Positions 62,381-64,000 of a DNA stretch of 64,000 nt are shown here, piece after piece. The stretch's first letter is position 1. Every line of letters begins with the position of its first letter. The stretch is from a virus: the IMG/VR virus record IMGVR_UViG_3300045988_142718. One strand, 5' to 3'. A model generated the notes under the pieces. That model worked only from the letters and a program-made list of their open reading frames with translations, had not been told where the DNA came from and ran no database searches. A program made the position numbers and the translations under genes.

Positions 62381-64000
62381 AACTGGTGATACAAATTGGG
62401 GAGATGAAGCAACTAAGCTAAACACCAATTTCAACCAGTTAAATCAAAATAAGGTAGAGGCAGTCCCAGGTTCAAGGTTAATCACCGAAGAGGAAGCTCA
62501 GAAGTTAAATGATTTACAGAACTTGGAACAACCGAATTTAAACGAAACAAATCAAAGTAGTTTTGCTTATGTAAAGGGCCAAGAAAAAATCCAATTGATT
62601 ATGAAGGCCCAAGAATTACAGAACCCCCCTACTTCATCCACATTAACCTACCAAGTAAACGGTGAAACTTTCAGTTATAAAATTGGTCAATTTGTAAGGG
62701 CAATCGTAGATGGAGAGCCCAAGATTTATCAATTATATCGCATTGTAAACGGTTCTGCTGCATGGAAAGAAACAAACACGGGTTCTGGTGGTGGAGGTGA
62801 AGTTTCTGGATATGCCGAAGGATTCAGTTGGTACGAATTAACCAATCCAGGAGATATTAAGCCAGTAAATGGGATTACCCTAAGTAAATCCTTAGTAACC
62901 TATACAATTGCAGAAAGTGGAATTACTGGTGATACTACAAACATCTACAGCTTAATCGTTTGGGACCCAACTGATGCTACAGATAAAACAGTAACTTACA
63001 AAGCTAGTGCTGGATTAACAGTAGAAATCAATGAGGGAGTAATTGCTAATATTACAGCAGAACCCGGTGATTATACGATTACAATTACTACAGTAGATGG
63101 GTCTCATACTGCAACATTAAATGTAAAGATTCAACCTTTAGAGCCTGCTAATGTTCCAGTTGAATCCATATCCGTCAGTAAATCAGAGGTAGAGATAGAT
63201 ACAAATAATAGGGGGGGGATTGACGTATCACAGTACATTACAGTTTTTCCTGACAATGCTACGGATAAATCAGTAACCTATAAGATATCAAGTTCTGATT
63301 CGAAGTATGCAACAGTTTCATCTAGTGGCATAGTAACAGCTAAATCAATAAACGGGCCATTCACAGTAAAGGTAAAATCGGTTAGTAATCCAGAAGTTGT
63401 AGCTACAATTAATATGAAAGCATATACAACGTTAACCGGTATATCGAAGTTAAATGACATGGTAATAGAGGGTCAAAATCAATCGGCTACCTTTAGAATA
63501 TCGATAATACCAACTTATGCAAATCGATATGACCCTTTCACTGTTCAATCTTTAAACCCAGACATAGCTTCAGTAAGAGCTTCTGGAGCTGATACTTATA
63601 CTGTAACCAGTGTAGGATTGGGTACTACCCAGATATTGGTTACTAATGGGCCCATAAGTGAGCAATTCGATGTAACTGTACAAAGGGCAAACATTGCAGT
63701 AAAAAAAATAACATTATCAGAACAGAATAAATCAATGCTAGCTGATGATAAGTTTACACTAACTGCAACAGTGGAACCTACCGATGCTACAGAAGAAATT
63801 GATTGGAGTGTTATTCCATCCGATCTCTTGGCAGTATCCTACCCAAACAATAAAACTGCAAATATCACTGCCTTATTAAAGGTAGGGATTGCAACTGTAT
63901 CTGCTGCAAACAAAGACAGGAGTTCAGTAGCAATATGTACCATTAAATGTAGTGGAGGTATCTCAGTGGTATCACTTAATTTCCAACCAGTACAAGGTTC
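62358..64000 (+). CDS. Large fibre/adhesin protein with multiple Big_2 (bacterial Ig-like) domains; ORF open at right window edge
   Basis: Not in the ORF track because it has no stop. ATG at 62358, frame open to 64000. Repeated P..AT.K.VTY.SS....ATV...G.VTA modules (e.g. FPDNATDKSVTYKISSSDSKYATVSSSGIVTAK). Confidence 0.65.
   Translation, partial: MAQIQRIKTGDTNWGDEATKLNTNFNQLNQNKVEAVPGSRLITEEEAQKLNDLQNLEQPNLNETNQSSFAYVKGQEKIQLIMKAQELQNPPTSSTLTYQVNGETFSYKIGQFVRAIVDGEPKIYQLYRIVNGSAAWKETNTGSGGGGEVSGYAEGFSWYELTNPGDIKPVNGITLSKSLVTYTIAESGITGDTTNIYSLIVWDPTDATDKTVTYKASAGLTVEINEGVIANITAEPGDYTITITTVDGSHTATLNVKIQPLEPANVPVESISVSKSEVEIDTNNRGGIDVSQYITVFPDNATDKSVTYKISSSDSKYATVSSSGIVTAKSINGPFTVKVKSVSNPEVVATINMKAYTTLTGISKLNDMVIEGQNQSATFRISIIPTYANRYDPFTVQSLNPDIASVRASGADTYTVTSVGLGTTQILVTNGPISEQFDVTVQRANIAVKKITLSEQNKSMLADDKFTLTATVEPTDATEEIDWSVIPSDLLAVSYPNNKTANITALLKVGIATVSAANKDRSSVAICTIKCSGGISVVSLNFQPVQG

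Noticed and set aside
1-64000. Assignment to the crAss-like phages, based on the Bacteroidota-type promoters and gut-phage-like gene content.
   Set aside because: The capsid module here is a compact terminase-portal-protease-decoration-370-aa capsid arrangement, with a family-A polymerase and RecA. No giant virion RNA-polymerase-like gene is visible. Taxonomy cannot be decided without database comparison.

Overview
This is an AT-rich 64-kb segment (roughly one third G+C by eye) of a tailed dsDNA phage. The host is very probably a member of the Bacteroidota. The basis is 12 exact intergenic copies of TATATTTGCA, each 23-49 nt upstream of an ATG, which fits the Bacteroidetes -7 promoter element TAnnTTTG.

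Layout:
- 1-1.5 kb: end of a structural/adhesin gene plus a holin-like gene.
- 1.6-27 kb: replication, recombination and nucleotide-metabolism module. It holds a DnaB-like helicase, DnaG-type primase, SF2 helicase, MazG/dimeric-dUTPase-like NTPase, two tandem ThyA-family genes, family-A DNA polymerase, GroES-like protein, gp32-like SSB, RecA, FEN, P-loop kinase, SbcCD-like nuclease, a NusG-like factor and a sigma-region-4-like HTH protein.
- 28-41 kb: about 30 small genes of unknown function. Many are single-gene cassettes with their own promoter and hairpin terminator. Several encode lysine-rich proteins and one encodes a polyacidic protein.
- 41.1-45.0 kb: an unusual, almost ORF-free, repeat-dense region with a sharp strand-composition switch.
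- 45-49.7 kb: a mixed-orientation accessory island with paralogous fibre-like genes, an HNH endonuclease and a C5-methyltransferase-like gene.
- 50.6-64 kb: morphogenesis module with TerL, portal, protease/scaffold, decoration protein, major capsid protein, and PKD/LamG/CBM/Big_2-type receptor-binding candidates. The last ORF runs off the right edge.

Three essential genes (polA, recA, terL) are each interrupted by an intein carrying a homing endonuclease. The RecA intein looks like a class-3 intein (Ala1 plus Trp-Cys-Thr).

I found no rRNA, tRNA, CRISPR array or reverse transcriptase. All functional calls come from motif reading by eye. No database search was run.
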